Counted from the stretch's first letter, positions 26,266 through 36,205 are shown. The stretch: 41,615 nt of DNA from an uncultured delta proteobacterium (GCA_963794325.1 CAWCDG010000001.1:1-41615), one strand, 5' to 3'. The notes: generated by a model from the letters alone, not told the origin. Made by a program: numbers and translations.

Positions 26266-27999
26266 ATGGCCGATTTCGATCTTCACATTAAAGGTGGAAC
26301 TGTCGTTGACGGGACCCGAGTCCCGCGATATCGCGCTGACGTCTGGATAAAGGACGGCAAGATCGCGCAGGTCGGCGGACGATCTCCCGGATTCGCGAAG
26401 AAGACGATCGATGCCGGCGGCATGATCGTCGCTCCCGGCTTCGTCGATTTGCACACGCACTACGACGCGCAGATTCGATGGGACCCGTACTGCACCATCT
26501 CAGGATGGCACGGCGTCACCTCGGTAGTGCTCGGCAATTGCGGCTTCGGATTCGTGCCGGTCAAGCCGGATTTCCGCGAACGCTCGATGCTCACGATGAC
26601 GCGCACCGAGGCGATTCCCTACGAGTCGATGAAGGTCGGGATGAAGTGGGATTGGGAAACGATTCCGCAGTATCTCGATTCCCTCGATCGCACCGCCAAG
26701 GGCGTCAACGTGATCCAGTATTTGCCGACTTCGTCGCTGCTGACCTACGTGATGGGGCTCGAGGCCGCCAAGACCCGGCCCGCAACCGACGACGAACGCG
26801 CCGAGATGCGCGCGCTGCTCGCGGAAGGAATGGACAATGGGCTCGGTGGATTCTCGGTGCAGCGGCTCGGCCCGGATTCCACGCAGGCGGACTTCGACGG
26901 CTCGCCGATGGTCACCGACACGATGTGCGATGAGGACATCCTGAATCTCGCGCGCGTTCTCCGCGAGCGCGACGAGGGCTTCATTCAGATCACGCAGGCG
27001 ACCGGTCATATCAAGGACGATCTCGCGTTCCTCGAACGACTCGCGGCCGAGGCGAATCGCCCGATCCTGCACAATGCGATCGCACCCGCGCGCCGCGATC
27101 CCAAGGTTCATCAGCGGAGCCTCGCGTGGCTCAAGCGATGCCGCGAGAAGGGTCTGCCGATTTTCGGTCAGACCGCGACGCTCCGCACCGGCTTCGCGTT
27201 CACGCTCGAGCATTGGAATCTCTACGACGCCAGTCCCGCGTGGCGCACCGTCACCACCGGCAGCAACGAAGAAAAAATTTCCAAGATGAAGGATCCCGCT
27301 CTACGCGAGGCGATCAAGCGCGAACACGGCGAAGCTAATAAAAAGCTCGAAGCAATTCAGGCCGGAGTCGGCGGTCCGATCCGTCATCTGATCGTGTCGT
27401 GGGCGAACGACAAGCCGGAGCTGGAAAAATACGTGGGCAAATCGATCGGACAAATCGCCGCCGAGGAAAACAAGCACGAGATCGACGCGATGCTCGATCT
27501 CTCGATTGCCGGCGATCTCAAGGTCGAGTTCCTCGGTCCAAATCGCGGCTTCAACGCCGAGTTCTATGCCGAGATGATCAACGACTCGCCTTACACTATC
27601 CCCGGCGTGTCGGATGGCGGCGCGCATACCAAGTTCTTCACCGGCGGCGCTTACACGACAGACTTCCTGGGATGGCTGGTTCGCGACGAGCAACGAATCA
27701 CTCTCGAAGAGGCGCACTACCGGCTGTCCGCCCTGCCCGCTCATGCGGCCGGCTTCCGCGATCGTGGCGTCTTGCGCGAAGGGCTGGCGGCGGATGTCGT
27801 CGTGTACGATCTCGCGCGGCTCGGTGTCGAGCCGGACTGGGTCGGCGATATTGCGCACGACTTTCCGGGCGGCGAATGGCGTCGCGTGCAGCACGCGCGC
27901 GGATATCGCGCGATCGTCGTCAACGGCGAGATGACCTGGGACGACGGTCGATGCACCGGCGCGACACCCGGCAAACTGCTGCGCGGCGGCCGCGGATAA
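26266..27999 (+). CDS. Amidohydrolase, N-acyl-D-amino-acid deacylase family
   Basis: Motifs IKGGTVVDGT, APGFVDLHTHYD, HGVTSVVLGNCG, SDGGAH and DRGVLREGLAADVVVYD; AAGGAGG RBS. Confidence 0.92.
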   Translation: MADFDLHIKGGTVVDGTRVPRYRADVWIKDGKIAQVGGRSPGFAKKTIDAGGMIVAPGFVDLHTHYDAQIRWDPYCTISGWHGVTSVVLGNCGFGFVPVKPDFRERSMLTMTRTEAIPYESMKVGMKWDWETIPQYLDSLDRTAKGVNVIQYLPTSSLLTYVMGLEAAKTRPATDDERAEMRALLAEGMDNGLGGFSVQRLGPDSTQADFDGSPMVTDTMCDEDILNLARVLRERDEGFIQITQATGHIKDDLAFLERLAAEANRPILHNAIAPARRDPKVHQRSLAWLKRCREKGLPIFGQTATLRTGFAFTLEHWNLYDASPAWRTVTTGSNEEKISKMKDPALREAIKREHGEANKKLEAIQAGVGGPIRHLIVSWANDKPELEKYVGKSIGQIAAEENKHEIDAMLDLSIAGDLKVEFLGPNRGFNAEFYAEMINDSPYTIPGVSDGGAHTKFFTGGAYTTDFLGWLVRDEQRITLEEAHYRLSALPAHAAGFRDRGVLREGLAADVVVYDLARLGVEPDWVGDIAHDFPGGEWRRVQHARGYRAIVVNGEMTWDDGRCTGATPGKLLRGGRG

Positions 28000-28007
28000 A
28001 TCCTGAG

Positions 28008-28685
28008 ATGGCCATCCAAATCTACAGCATGACCTCGGTGCCCGACGCGGTCGCGACCGCGGAAGCCGGCGCCGACTTGATCGGCGTCGTCGTTGCGGAG
28101 GCCGGCGTCGTGCCCGAGGCGATAGACGAATCAGCGGCGCGCGAGATTCTCGCCGCGATACACCCGCGCTCGCGCGGCATCGCGCTCTCGCTGTCCGACG
28201 ATCGCGACGAGATATGCGCGATGGCTGACGCAGTACGTCCCGACGTCCTGCACATCGTCGCGCGAGAGATCGAGCCCGAGGACTGCGCATGGATTCGCAA
28301 GCGCATCGCACCCATGATGCTCCTCCGCGCGATTGCGGTGCGCGCGGGAGAAACTCTCACCGAGGCCGACGCACATCAGGATTGCGTCGACTACCTGATG
28401 CTCGATTCAGGCGCCAAGGGTGCGTCGTTTGCCGGCGCGACCGGCGAGACCCACGATTGGTCGATTAGCCGTACCGTCGTCGAGCGCTCGCGAATCCCGG
28501 TGATCCTCGCGGGCGGACTCTCCGCCGACAACGTCGCCGACGCGATCGCCATCGTCAGGCCGTGGGGCGTCGATTCGTTCACGCACACCGACGTTCCAGG
28601 TAATCGTGGAAAAAAGGATCCCGCGCGCGTGCGAGCATTCATCGCGGCCGCCAGGCGTGGCTTCGATCAAATTTCAAAGCACTGA
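28008..28685 (+). CDS. Phosphoribosylanthranilate isomerase (TrpF)-like TIM barrel with an atypical N-terminus
   Basis: Motifs GADLIG, LDS, GATGETHDW, ILAGGLSADNV, PWGVDS and KDP; IQIYS replaces KICG. Confidence 0.8.
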   Translation: MAIQIYSMTSVPDAVATAEAGADLIGVVVAEAGVVPEAIDESAAREILAAIHPRSRGIALSLSDDRDEICAMADAVRPDVLHIVAREIEPEDCAWIRKRIAPMMLLRAIAVRAGETLTEADAHQDCVDYLMLDSGAKGASFAGATGETHDWSISRTVVERSRIPVILAGGLSADNVADAIAIVRPWGVDSFTHTDVPGNRGKKDPARVRAFIAAARRGFDQISKH

Positions 28686-28698
28686 GTCCGGAGGCACG

Positions 28699-29031
28699 AT
28701 GAATCGCAAGCAGCTCGCACTCTCGGCCGCGCTAATCGTTTTGCTCGCGATGGACGTGTACTCAATCCACCTCTACGGTTACATCGGCTTCTTCCGCATG
28801 GCGCTTGCGAATTTCGCCGGCGTCAGTGCCTTCCTCGATCTCGCGATCGCGCTGGTTCTTATCATCGCCTGGATGGGCGACGACGCCCGCGCGCGCAACG
28901 TCACCGCAATTCCGTATATCCTGCTGACTCTCGCGCTCGGCAGTGTCGGCCCGCTGCTATATCTGATTCGCCGCTTCAATGATCGAACCGAACGCGCTCC
29001 CGCTGTTGCGGCGCAGCCACTTCGCACTTAG
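28699..29031 (+). CDS. Small membrane protein, DUF2834-like
   Basis: GGAGG RBS, three hydrophobic segments, and the motifs DLAIAL..WM..DAR and LGSVGPLLYL. Confidence 0.7.
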   Translation: MNRKQLALSAALIVLLAMDVYSIHLYGYIGFFRMALANFAGVSAFLDLAIALVLIIAWMGDDARARNVTAIPYILLTLALGSVGPLLYLIRRFNDRTERAPAVAAQPLRT

Positions 29032-30497
29032 GCGCTTTTGCCTGCGAGCAGCGCCGCCGCTTCCTTCTCGACGCGCGTGCCCTTGAAAAACTTCGGATTC
29101 GCCTCGCCCCAGAAGCGCACCGGGTTGACGAACATAAAATCGCGGAAGTCGTCGGGCGTTATCAGTTCGTCCTCCACCAGCTCGTAGGCCTCCGGCACGA
29201 CGTCTTTCATGTCCGGTACGTCGAAATGCCCGATGTCCGATCCGAACAGCACGTTGAGCTTCGCGCCGTATGGATTCGCCTTGCGGTTGAACGCGTAGGC
29301 ATTGAGCGGGTCGTCGGCTTCGCAGCCGAAATAAAAATTGTCGACGAACAAATCCCGGATGTCTTCCGGGCGCTTGATTTTGCATGCGGCGTAGTCGTCG
29401 AGTTCGCGGATGTTGCCGGTGGCGCCGCTTTGATCGCGCTCAAGAATCGTCGCGACGTTGGGGGCGCCGGCCTTCTGCTCAAGCTTGCCCTCGATCCACT
29501 TCCCGCCGTACTCGCGCATCAGTTGCGTCAGCATCTCGCGATTCAGATTGGCCGGATTGGTTTCCTCGAGCGCCTCGCGATTACGCTTCTTCCAATGACC
29601 GATCAGGTCGCAGTAAAGCCCGCACGCCCATCCGACGCCGCCCTCGAGGAATCCCATCTTGAGATGTGGAAACCGACGAGTCACACCGCCCAGGAAAATC
29701 GCCTTGCAGACCGCCTCGCTCGCGGCAGCGAAGTGACCGATATGGTTGTAAACGAAATTGGTCGGCGAGTTGCGGAGTCCAACGCCGCGCGAACCTGAAT
29801 GAAAGGTCGGCGAGATTCCCAACTCGACGCATTTCGCCCACACCGGATCGTAGTTGTGCTCGCTGTCGAGCCCGAGCATGTCGAACCAGGTCGTGGATCG
29901 CGCCCCGTCCGCTGATTCCGCCGGTATCCGCCGCCGCACCATGCTCGCCATCATCACGACTTTGAGTCCAAGTTCCTTCACCACGTACTCGAGCTCCGCG
30001 CACGCCTCCTCCGGCGTGTGCATCGGAATGACGGCCGCGGGGGTTATCCGGTCGGAAAATTCTCCGAAAAATTCCGCGATGAACCGGTTGAACGCGCGGC
30101 ACGTCGCGCGCCGCGTTTCGTCATCGGGATGAAACGGAATGCCAAGCCCGGCGGTCGGATACAGCACGGTGAAATCCATTCCGAATTCGTCGAGCCGTTC
30201 GTAGAGCAGCCGCGGCAGAATCTCGGTCGCGCGATCGCGCGTGTTCTTCGTCGGCAAGGCCCAGAATGCCTCCTGCGCGCGCCGCCTGCGCTTGCGGTCA
30301 TCTTCCGAGGAGGTCAGTTGCTTCGACACTCTGCCGTTGAAGGCGCGGAATCCCTCGACCGCGCGGCTCCCGCCGAATTTTTCCAACTGCTCGATGATGA
30401 TCGGGCCGAACTCCAGCCAATGCCCGTCGGCGTCGATCACCGGATGCTTGAGACTCGCGCGAATCCGCTGCGCTTCTGACTTGTTCTCGATGGCCAT
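29028..30497 (-). CDS. Amidohydrolase_2 family protein
   Basis: Motifs VIDADGH, VLYPT, YDPVWAKC, FH, FLEGGVGW, YFGCEADD and FGSDIGHFD; GGAGG RBS before ATG 30497. Confidence 0.9.
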   Translation of the reverse strand: MAIENKSEAQRIRASLKHPVIDADGHWLEFGPIIIEQLEKFGGSRAVEGFRAFNGRVSKQLTSSEDDRKRRRRAQEAFWALPTKNTRDRATEILPRLLYERLDEFGMDFTVLYPTAGLGIPFHPDDETRRATCRAFNRFIAEFFGEFSDRITPAAVIPMHTPEEACAELEYVVKELGLKVVMMASMVRRRIPAESADGARSTTWFDMLGLDSEHNYDPVWAKCVELGISPTFHSGSRGVGLRNSPTNFVYNHIGHFAAASEAVCKAIFLGGVTRRFPHLKMGFLEGGVGWACGLYCDLIGHWKKRNREALEETNPANLNREMLTQLMREYGGKWIEGKLEQKAGAPNVATILERDQSGATGNIRELDDYAACKIKRPEDIRDLFVDNFYFGCEADDPLNAYAFNRKANPYGAKLNVLFGSDIGHFDVPDMKDVVPEAYELVEDELITPDDFRDFMFVNPVRFWGEANPKFFKGTRVEKEAAALLAGKSA

Positions 30498-30686
30498 CGC
30501 TGCGCCTCCAACTTTATTTTCGAAGCTTAGTATCGAAACCGCACTTCCGCCAAACATCGACTCTATGGCGCAGTATCGGAACTGCGGCGCCCTCTAGGAT
30601 CGCACTCGCCGACAGTCTAGAATCCATCCCTTTCCAGTCGCGCAAACGTTCGTATCGACCCGGCACGATTTCTCCGGGAGGCTGAA

Positions 30687-31850
30687 GTGATCCCGATTCG
30701 CTACAACTTGCGCAGCCTGATGGTCCGACGCGCCACTGCCGCGATGACGGCGTCGGTCGTGGCGCTGGTCGTGATGCTGTTGTTCATCCTGTCGGGATTC
30801 GTCGCGGGGCTGCGCGCGACCGTGATGCAGAACGCGCTGCCGGACAACTGGATCGTGCTCAGCCGCGGCACCACCGATGAGGGCGCCAGCTTCATCTCGC
30901 ACGATCAATACGAGATCGTCAAAAGCCGCCCGCAAATCGCGACCACCGCCGACGGCCAGCCGCTGGTATCGCCCGAAGTGATCACCGGCTTCAATCCCAA
31001 CCCCAATGTCGCGCCTTCGCAGTCGATCTTCACGATGATGCGCGGCGTCTATCCGGTCGCGTACCAGGTCCATAGCAGTATGCGGCTGGTAGCTGGCCGT
31101 TGGCCGGCGCACGGTACGTCGGAGATGGCGGTCGGGCGCAAACTCGCCGCGCGCTTTCCGAATCTCGCGGTAGGCAGCGATTTCAAATTCGGGCCGCGCA
31201 CTTTCAAGATTGTCGGCATCTTTTCCGATCGCGACAGCGCGCGAGAGTCTGAGGTGCTGACCGATCTGGGCACCCTGACCCAGGACATCCACGTCAACAA
31301 CGGCTTCGCGGTGCTGCACGTCGTGCTCAAGCCCGGCACGCATGACGATTTCGCGAAATCGCTGACGACCGATTCGCGGGTCAAGCTCGACGCGATGTCG
31401 GAGCAGGAGTTTTACGCGAAGCAGACCGGCTTCGTCGATCAATTGCGCGCGCTCGGACTGATCGTCGCTCTCATTCTTGCCGTCGGCTCAGTGTTCGGTG
31501 CGATGAACACGATGTACTCCGCGGTCGCTCGACGCACCAGCGAGATCGGCGTGCTGCGCGTGCTGGGCTTCAGCCGGTTCAACGTGCTCACCAGCTTCGT
31601 CATCGAGAGCATCCTGCTCGCGCTGGCCGGCGGCATAATCGGCGAGGTTCTCGGCGTGCTGGTCGCGTATTCGACCGGCCTCAATAGCCAGCTGATGAAC
31701 GTCGGCGAATTCATCTTCAGGTTTCGCATGACGCTGGGCGCGTTCGTATCGGGACTCGTCGCCGCAATCCTAATCGGCGCGCTCGGCGGATTTCTGCCGG
31801 CGTGGCGCGCCTCGCGCATTCGCCTGGTCGAATCGCTGCGCTCGGTCTGA
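30687..31850 (+). CDS. ABC transporter permease (MacB/FtsX family)
   Basis: Motifs YNLRSL..R, GAMNTMYSAVARRTSEIGVLRVLGF and PAWRASR. Confidence 0.92.
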   Translation: MIPIRYNLRSLMVRRATAAMTASVVALVVMLLFILSGFVAGLRATVMQNALPDNWIVLSRGTTDEGASFISHDQYEIVKSRPQIATTADGQPLVSPEVITGFNPNPNVAPSQSIFTMMRGVYPVAYQVHSSMRLVAGRWPAHGTSEMAVGRKLAARFPNLAVGSDFKFGPRTFKIVGIFSDRDSARESEVLTDLGTLTQDIHVNNGFAVLHVVLKPGTHDDFAKSLTTDSRVKLDAMSEQEFYAKQTGFVDQLRALGLIVALILAVGSVFGAMNTMYSAVARRTSEIGVLRVLGFSRFNVLTSFVIESILLALAGGIIGEVLGVLVAYSTGLNSQLMNVGEFIFRFRMTLGAFVSGLVAAILIGALGGFLPAWRASRIRLVESLRSV

Positions 31851-31862
31851 ACTGGGGGCGTT

Positions 31863-33023
31863 ATGTTCAACTGGATCAAATTGATCGAGCGCAACATGCG
31901 GCGGAATCTGCGCCGCACGATTCTGACGATCCTCACCATCGCGCTAGCCACCTTCATCTACACGGTATTAGTGTCGGTGCCGGCCTCGATGGATCGCGTG
32001 GTCAAAGATGCATCCAATACGCTCCGTCTGATCATCGTCAACAAAACCGCGCCGTGGGAGGATTTGCCGGCTCGCTACTGCGACGACATCAACAAAATGC
32101 CGGGCGTCGCCGCATGCGTCGCGATCACCGGATGGCCTGCGACGTGGCGCGACGTCAGCGACCCGGTCTTCGCGGTCGGCGCCGGTCCCGAGATAGGCGA
32201 CGTGTTCCCTGACTACGCGCTCACCGGCCAGGAACGCCTCGAGACCGCGAAAGAAAAGCGCGGCGCAATCGTCGGCGAAGTCCTGATGCGCAAACACGGG
32301 TGGAAAATCGGCGACACTGTCACGCTGCGCAGCACCGACGCCGATCACATGGAGATGACCTTCATCATCATTGGTCACATTTCCTCCAAGCGCTATCCCA
32401 ATACCTTTCTGATGCGCCGCGACTACATGATGGCGGCGCGCAAGGCCCACGGCCTGCCCGATGAAGACATCGCATGGAACATAATCGTGCGCGCCACCAG
32501 CAACGACGCCATGGCCACGCTGGCCAGGCAGATCGACGAGCACTTCGCCAACTCCGACGCCGAAACGCGCACCATGACCGAAAGCGACGCGCTGTCATCC
32601 GGCCTGTCGGCTATCGGTAACATCAGGGCAATTGTCTTCGCGCTATGCCTGGTAGTGCTGCTGACAGTCCTACTCATAGCAGCTAACTCCACAGTTATGA
32701 TGGTTCGCGAGCAGATCAGCGACGTCGCCGTGATGCGTGCACTGGGTTTCAGCCGTGGCGCGGTAGCCTTACTGCTATTCGGCGAATGCGGCGCGATAGG
32801 ACTCCTGGGCGGCATCATAGGAGCGCTCCCCGCGCTATGGATGTTCTCCGGCGGCATCACGTTGGGCGCGGCGCTAGGTGGTAACGGTGCCTTATGGGTA
32901 ACTCCGGCTCAAACACTCAATGCACTAATAGCCGCCCTAATCGTAAGTCTGATAAGCGGTATAGTCCCAATCCTCGAAGCAGTAAGACTTCCGCCAGCAC
33001 TGGCATTCCGCAAGGTGGTCTAA
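31863..33023 (+). CDS. ABC transporter permease (MacB/FtsX family)
   Basis: Motifs RNMRRNLRRTILT and AANSTVMMVREQISDVAVMRALGFS, plus C-terminal TM helices. Confidence 0.9.
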   Translation: MFNWIKLIERNMRRNLRRTILTILTIALATFIYTVLVSVPASMDRVVKDASNTLRLIIVNKTAPWEDLPARYCDDINKMPGVAACVAITGWPATWRDVSDPVFAVGAGPEIGDVFPDYALTGQERLETAKEKRGAIVGEVLMRKHGWKIGDTVTLRSTDADHMEMTFIIIGHISSKRYPNTFLMRRDYMMAARKAHGLPDEDIAWNIIVRATSNDAMATLARQIDEHFANSDAETRTMTESDALSSGLSAIGNIRAIVFALCLVVLLTVLLIAANSTVMMVREQISDVAVMRALGFSRGAVALLLFGECGAIGLLGGIIGALPALWMFSGGITLGAALGGNGALWVTPAQTLNALIAALIVSLISGIVPILEAVRLPPALAFRKVV

Positions 33024-33030
33024 ACCCATG

Positions 33031-33116
33031 CCCTCACCCGCCCGACGACATGAATGTCGTCGGACGACCTCTCCCGGTTTGCGGCTAGCGACCAGGTCGC
33101 CAGCCGCGGGAGAGGT
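33031..33116. repeat. Composite palindromic REP/RIME-like element
   Basis: CCCTCACCC, a 10-bp hairpin (33042-33063), then ACCTCTCCC...GGGAGAGGT enclosing nested stems GCGGCT/AGCCGC and GCGACC/GGTCGC. Confidence 0.7.
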
Positions 33117-33139
33117 AATTTCCGACCCCCCTTCTAACA

Positions 33140-33248
33140 GGGACGAAGTCCCACATCTTCTATTAGTACTGGGTGCAGGGGTCACCCCTGCCGAAGGAAG
33201 TGTGAAACCCACCGCGGGTTTCACATTCAATAAAGGGATCTACCCTTT
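33140..33248. other. Run of four hairpins (MITE-like element or structured RNA)
   Basis: GGGAC/GTCCC (33140-33152), GCAGGGG/CCCCTGC (33175-33191), TGTGAAACCC/GGGTTTCACA (33201-33225) and AAAGGG/CCCTTT (33232-33248). Confidence 0.55.
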
Positions 33249-33254
33249 CCGCTT

Positions 33255-34134
33255 TTATATCGTGTCCGACACGCCCGGGATGAACAGCGGCTCCATCGCG
33301 TAGTGCTCGACGTCGGCCTCCATCTCCGCGCGCGCGGGCGCGGTCGCCTTCACGCTCGCCGCATCGAGGATATCGCGCAGGAGGGTCGCGTCGCTCGAGG
33401 TGTTCAGGAACAGTCCTGGCCGGCTCAGCACGAAATGCACGCCGCGGCGGATCGCGTCGCGATCGCGTAGCGGTTCGTACCAGCTGAATTTTTGGCCGTC
33501 GCCGTTTTGCCATCGCCGCCGCGCAACCGACTTGATCGTTTGGGTCGCCACTCCGCGCTCGCGACAAAGTTTCAGCAGCGCCTCGGCGTCTTCCTCGTAG
33601 GATTTGATTTCGAGCATCGTGAAATTGTACGGGAACAGCACCGAGTCGAAAGCGAACCGCTCGAGGCTGCGGCGATGCATCGCGGCGACCTGCGAGCCGT
33701 GACCGGTGACGCCGATAAATCGCACCAGCCCCTGCGTTCGCGCCTCGACGAGCGCCTCGAGCGCGCCACCCGCTCCGAGCGCAGTCGCCCATTCATTCTC
33801 GGCGACCAGGTTGTGCATCTGGATCAGATCGACCTGATCGACGCGCAGCCGCTCGAGCGATCGATGGAGACTGTCACGCGCGCCTTGATAGGTGCGGTCG
33901 CCGGTCTTGGTCGCGAGAAAGAATTTCTTGCGATGCTCGCGCATCCAGGGCCCGATTCGCAGTTCCGACTCCCCGTACGACGCCGCAGTATCGATATGAT
34001 TGATGCCGTATTCGAGCAGCGTTTCGAGCACGCCGTCCGCCTTGTCCTGCTTCATCCCGCCCAGCGCCGCCGCGCCAAAAATGATCGCGCGTGCTCTGAT
34101 GCCCGGTTTTCCCAAATGGACTCGTCTCGATCAC
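33255..34134 (-). pseudogene. Aldo/keto reductase with a +1 frameshift near 34086 (real lesion or sequencing error)
   Basis: MIETSPFGKTGHQSTR is in one frame. IIFGAAAL, GINHIDTAASYG, LATK, DLIQMH and IGVTGH are in another. Deleting one base gives TRIIFGAAAL. Confidence 0.85.
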
Positions 34135-34282
34135 GATGCCACCTCGCTGAAATTATTCGGTGTTGGTCATCTTAGCGCGTCGCCGACGATTATTCACGGA
34201 CCGATCATCGACGCGTAATCTCGCAAAACTCTTGCACTTGCTCTCTGTAAATGACGAAATCGAATTCGAGGAACATAATCGG

Positions 34283-34864
34283 ATGGGGCCAACAGGCAAA
34301 GCTATTTTTCTGACCAAGGGCGTCGGCAGGCATCGTGAGAAACTCACTTCGTTCGAGCTCGCACTGCGCGATGCGCGAATCGCCGAGTTCAACCTCGTTC
34401 GGGTCAGCTCGATTTTCCCGCCCGGATGCAGAGTTATCTCGATTCAGGACGGGCTGAAGACCCTGACGCCCGGCCAGATCGTTTACACCGTCATGTACGA
34501 CAACTCGACCGACGAGCCGCATCGCTTGATGGCAACGTCGGTCGGGCTCGCGATTCCGGCCGACAAGGATCAATACGGCTACCTGTCCGAGCACAAGAGT
34601 TTCGGGCAGACCGACGAGAAGGCCGGCGACTACGCCGAGGATCTCGCGGCGACGATGCTCGCGACGGCGCTCGGGGTGGACTTCGATCCCAACGTCAGTT
34701 ACGACGAACGCAAGGACGTGTGGAAGCTGTCGGATAAAATCGTGCAGACGCGGAACATCACGCAGTCCGCAATCGGCGATCGCGACGGTCTGTGGACAAC
34801 GGTGGTGACCGCCGCAGTGTTCGTAAATCTGCCGACGACGGACAAGCCGCCGACCGACAAATAG
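34283..34864 (+). CDS. pdaD: Pyruvoyl-dependent arginine decarboxylase
   Basis: Motifs [19 protein letters not shown], self-cleavage site [29 protein letters not shown] and WTTVV. Confidence 0.9.
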   Translation: MGPTGKAIFLTKGVGRHREKLTSFELALRDARIAEFNLVRVSSIFPPGCRVISIQDGLKTLTPGQIVYTVMYDNSTDEPHRLMATSVGLAIPADKDQYGYLSEHKSFGQTDEKAGDYAEDLAATMLATALGVDFDPNVSYDERKDVWKLSDKIVQTRNITQSAIGDRDGLWTTVVTAAVFVNLPTTDKPPTDK

Positions 34865-34881
34865 TTGCGCAAATAACTGCG

Positions 34882-35334
34882 ATGGATATCAGCGACCTCG
34901 AAAAGCGAATCACAGTTCTCGAAGATATCGAGGAGATCAAGAAGCTCAAGGCCCGCTACTGCGCGGTTTGCGACGAGGATCACAACCCGGCGAAGATCAC
35001 CGGGCTGTTCGCCCCCGACGGTATCTGGGAAGGCGCGGGCGTCGGGCGGCATCAGGGGCATGACGCGATTCGCAAACTTTTCCAGAGCTTCCAGGAACGG
35101 ATCAGCTTCTCGCAGCATAACGTGATGAATCCGATCATCGAGGTCAGCGGCGATCGCGCCACCGGCATCTGGTATTTCCTCGGGCCATTCACGATGCGCG
35201 CAGGAAACCGGCAGTTATGGCTCGGCGCGCGCTACGAAGACGATTACGTCAAGCTCAACGGCGAGTGGAAGTTCGCGCATCTGCGCGCGATCGGCCGGAT
35301 GTCGGCACCGTACGAAAAGGGCTGGGCCAAATAG
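34882..35334 (+). CDS. NTF2/SnoaL-like protein (LinA/scytalone dehydratase-like)
   Basis: Motifs LEDIEEIKKLKARYC..CD, LFAPDGIW, HNVMNPII, ATGIWY and YEDDYVKLNGEWKF. Confidence 0.88.
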   Translation: MDISDLEKRITVLEDIEEIKKLKARYCAVCDEDHNPAKITGLFAPDGIWEGAGVGRHQGHDAIRKLFQSFQERISFSQHNVMNPIIEVSGDRATGIWYFLGPFTMRAGNRQLWLGARYEDDYVKLNGEWKFAHLRAIGRMSAPYEKGWAK

Positions 35335-35338
35335 CCCG

Positions 35339-36205
35339 TCATTTCGAGCTGAACAGCTCGAGCCGCGAACTAACCACCTTCTTAACCGCCTCGACCGCCG
35401 GCTTCAGAATCTTGTAGGGCGCCACTTCATTCGGCTCCGCAGCGAGGCCTGCTTCGACTCCCCGCCGCCACGCGATCCGGATTTCGGTGTTGACGTGGAC
35501 GATCGTCATGCCGGCTTTGATCGCGCGCTTGAAATCGTCGTCGTTGGTCCCCGACCCGCCGTGCAGCGTCATGAAGATTTTCGCCGCGGCCTTGATCTCC
35601 GCGATCCTCTCGATATTCAGCCGCTTCTGAACGTTGCCGTGAACCATGCTTTCGAGCATCCCGTGCATGTTCCCGACCGCCGGCGCGAGCACGTCGACTT
35701 TGGTCGCATCGACGAATTGCTTCGCCTCCTCGGGAGTGGTGAGAATTCCAACGCCTTCCGGGACCTTGTCGATTACCGCCGACGACGCGCCGATCCATCC
35801 GATCTCGCCCTCGACCAGAATCGCCGGGTTGATCGATTTGATTGCCTCGATCGCTTTCCTGGTCTGCTTGATATTTTCCTCGAAGGTTAGTCCCGACCCG
35901 TCGAAGATTACTTCGTCGAAGCCGGCTTTCGCCGCCGCCTCGGCGTTTGCAATCGAGTGAGTATGATCGGCATTCAGGAAAATCGGGTAGTTGTACTCGT
36001 CGCGAACCGCCTTCACCAGCGCGGCGGCCTGGCGAACGCCGGTGAACTCGCGCTCGCCTTCCGACACGCCAACCATCACGGGGAGCTTCTTGTCGCGCGC
36101 AGCTGCTACGATCGCATTGAATGCGACCAGGTCCGAAAAATTGAAATGACCGACGGCGACTTTGTCGGCCTCCGCCTTCTTCAACACTTCGCGCAGCGAT
36201 ATCAT
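35339..36205 (-). CDS. fba: Class II fructose/tagatose-bisphosphate aldolase
   Basis: Motifs AVGHFN, LNADH, FDGS, VEGEIG, GNMHG and LHGGSG; start at ATG 36205. Confidence 0.88.
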   Translation of the reverse strand: MISLREVLKKAEADKVAVGHFNFSDLVAFNAIVAAARDKKLPVMVGVSEGEREFTGVRQAAALVKAVRDEYNYPIFLNADHTHSIANAEAAAKAGFDEVIFDGSGLTFEENIKQTRKAIEAIKSINPAILVEGEIGWIGASSAVIDKVPEGVGILTTPEEAKQFVDATKVDVLAPAVGNMHGMLESMVHGNVQKRLNIERIAEIKAAAKIFMTLHGGSGTNDDDFKRAIKAGMTIVHVNTEIRIAWRRGVEAGLAAEPNEVAPYKILKPAVEAVKKVVSSRLELFSSK

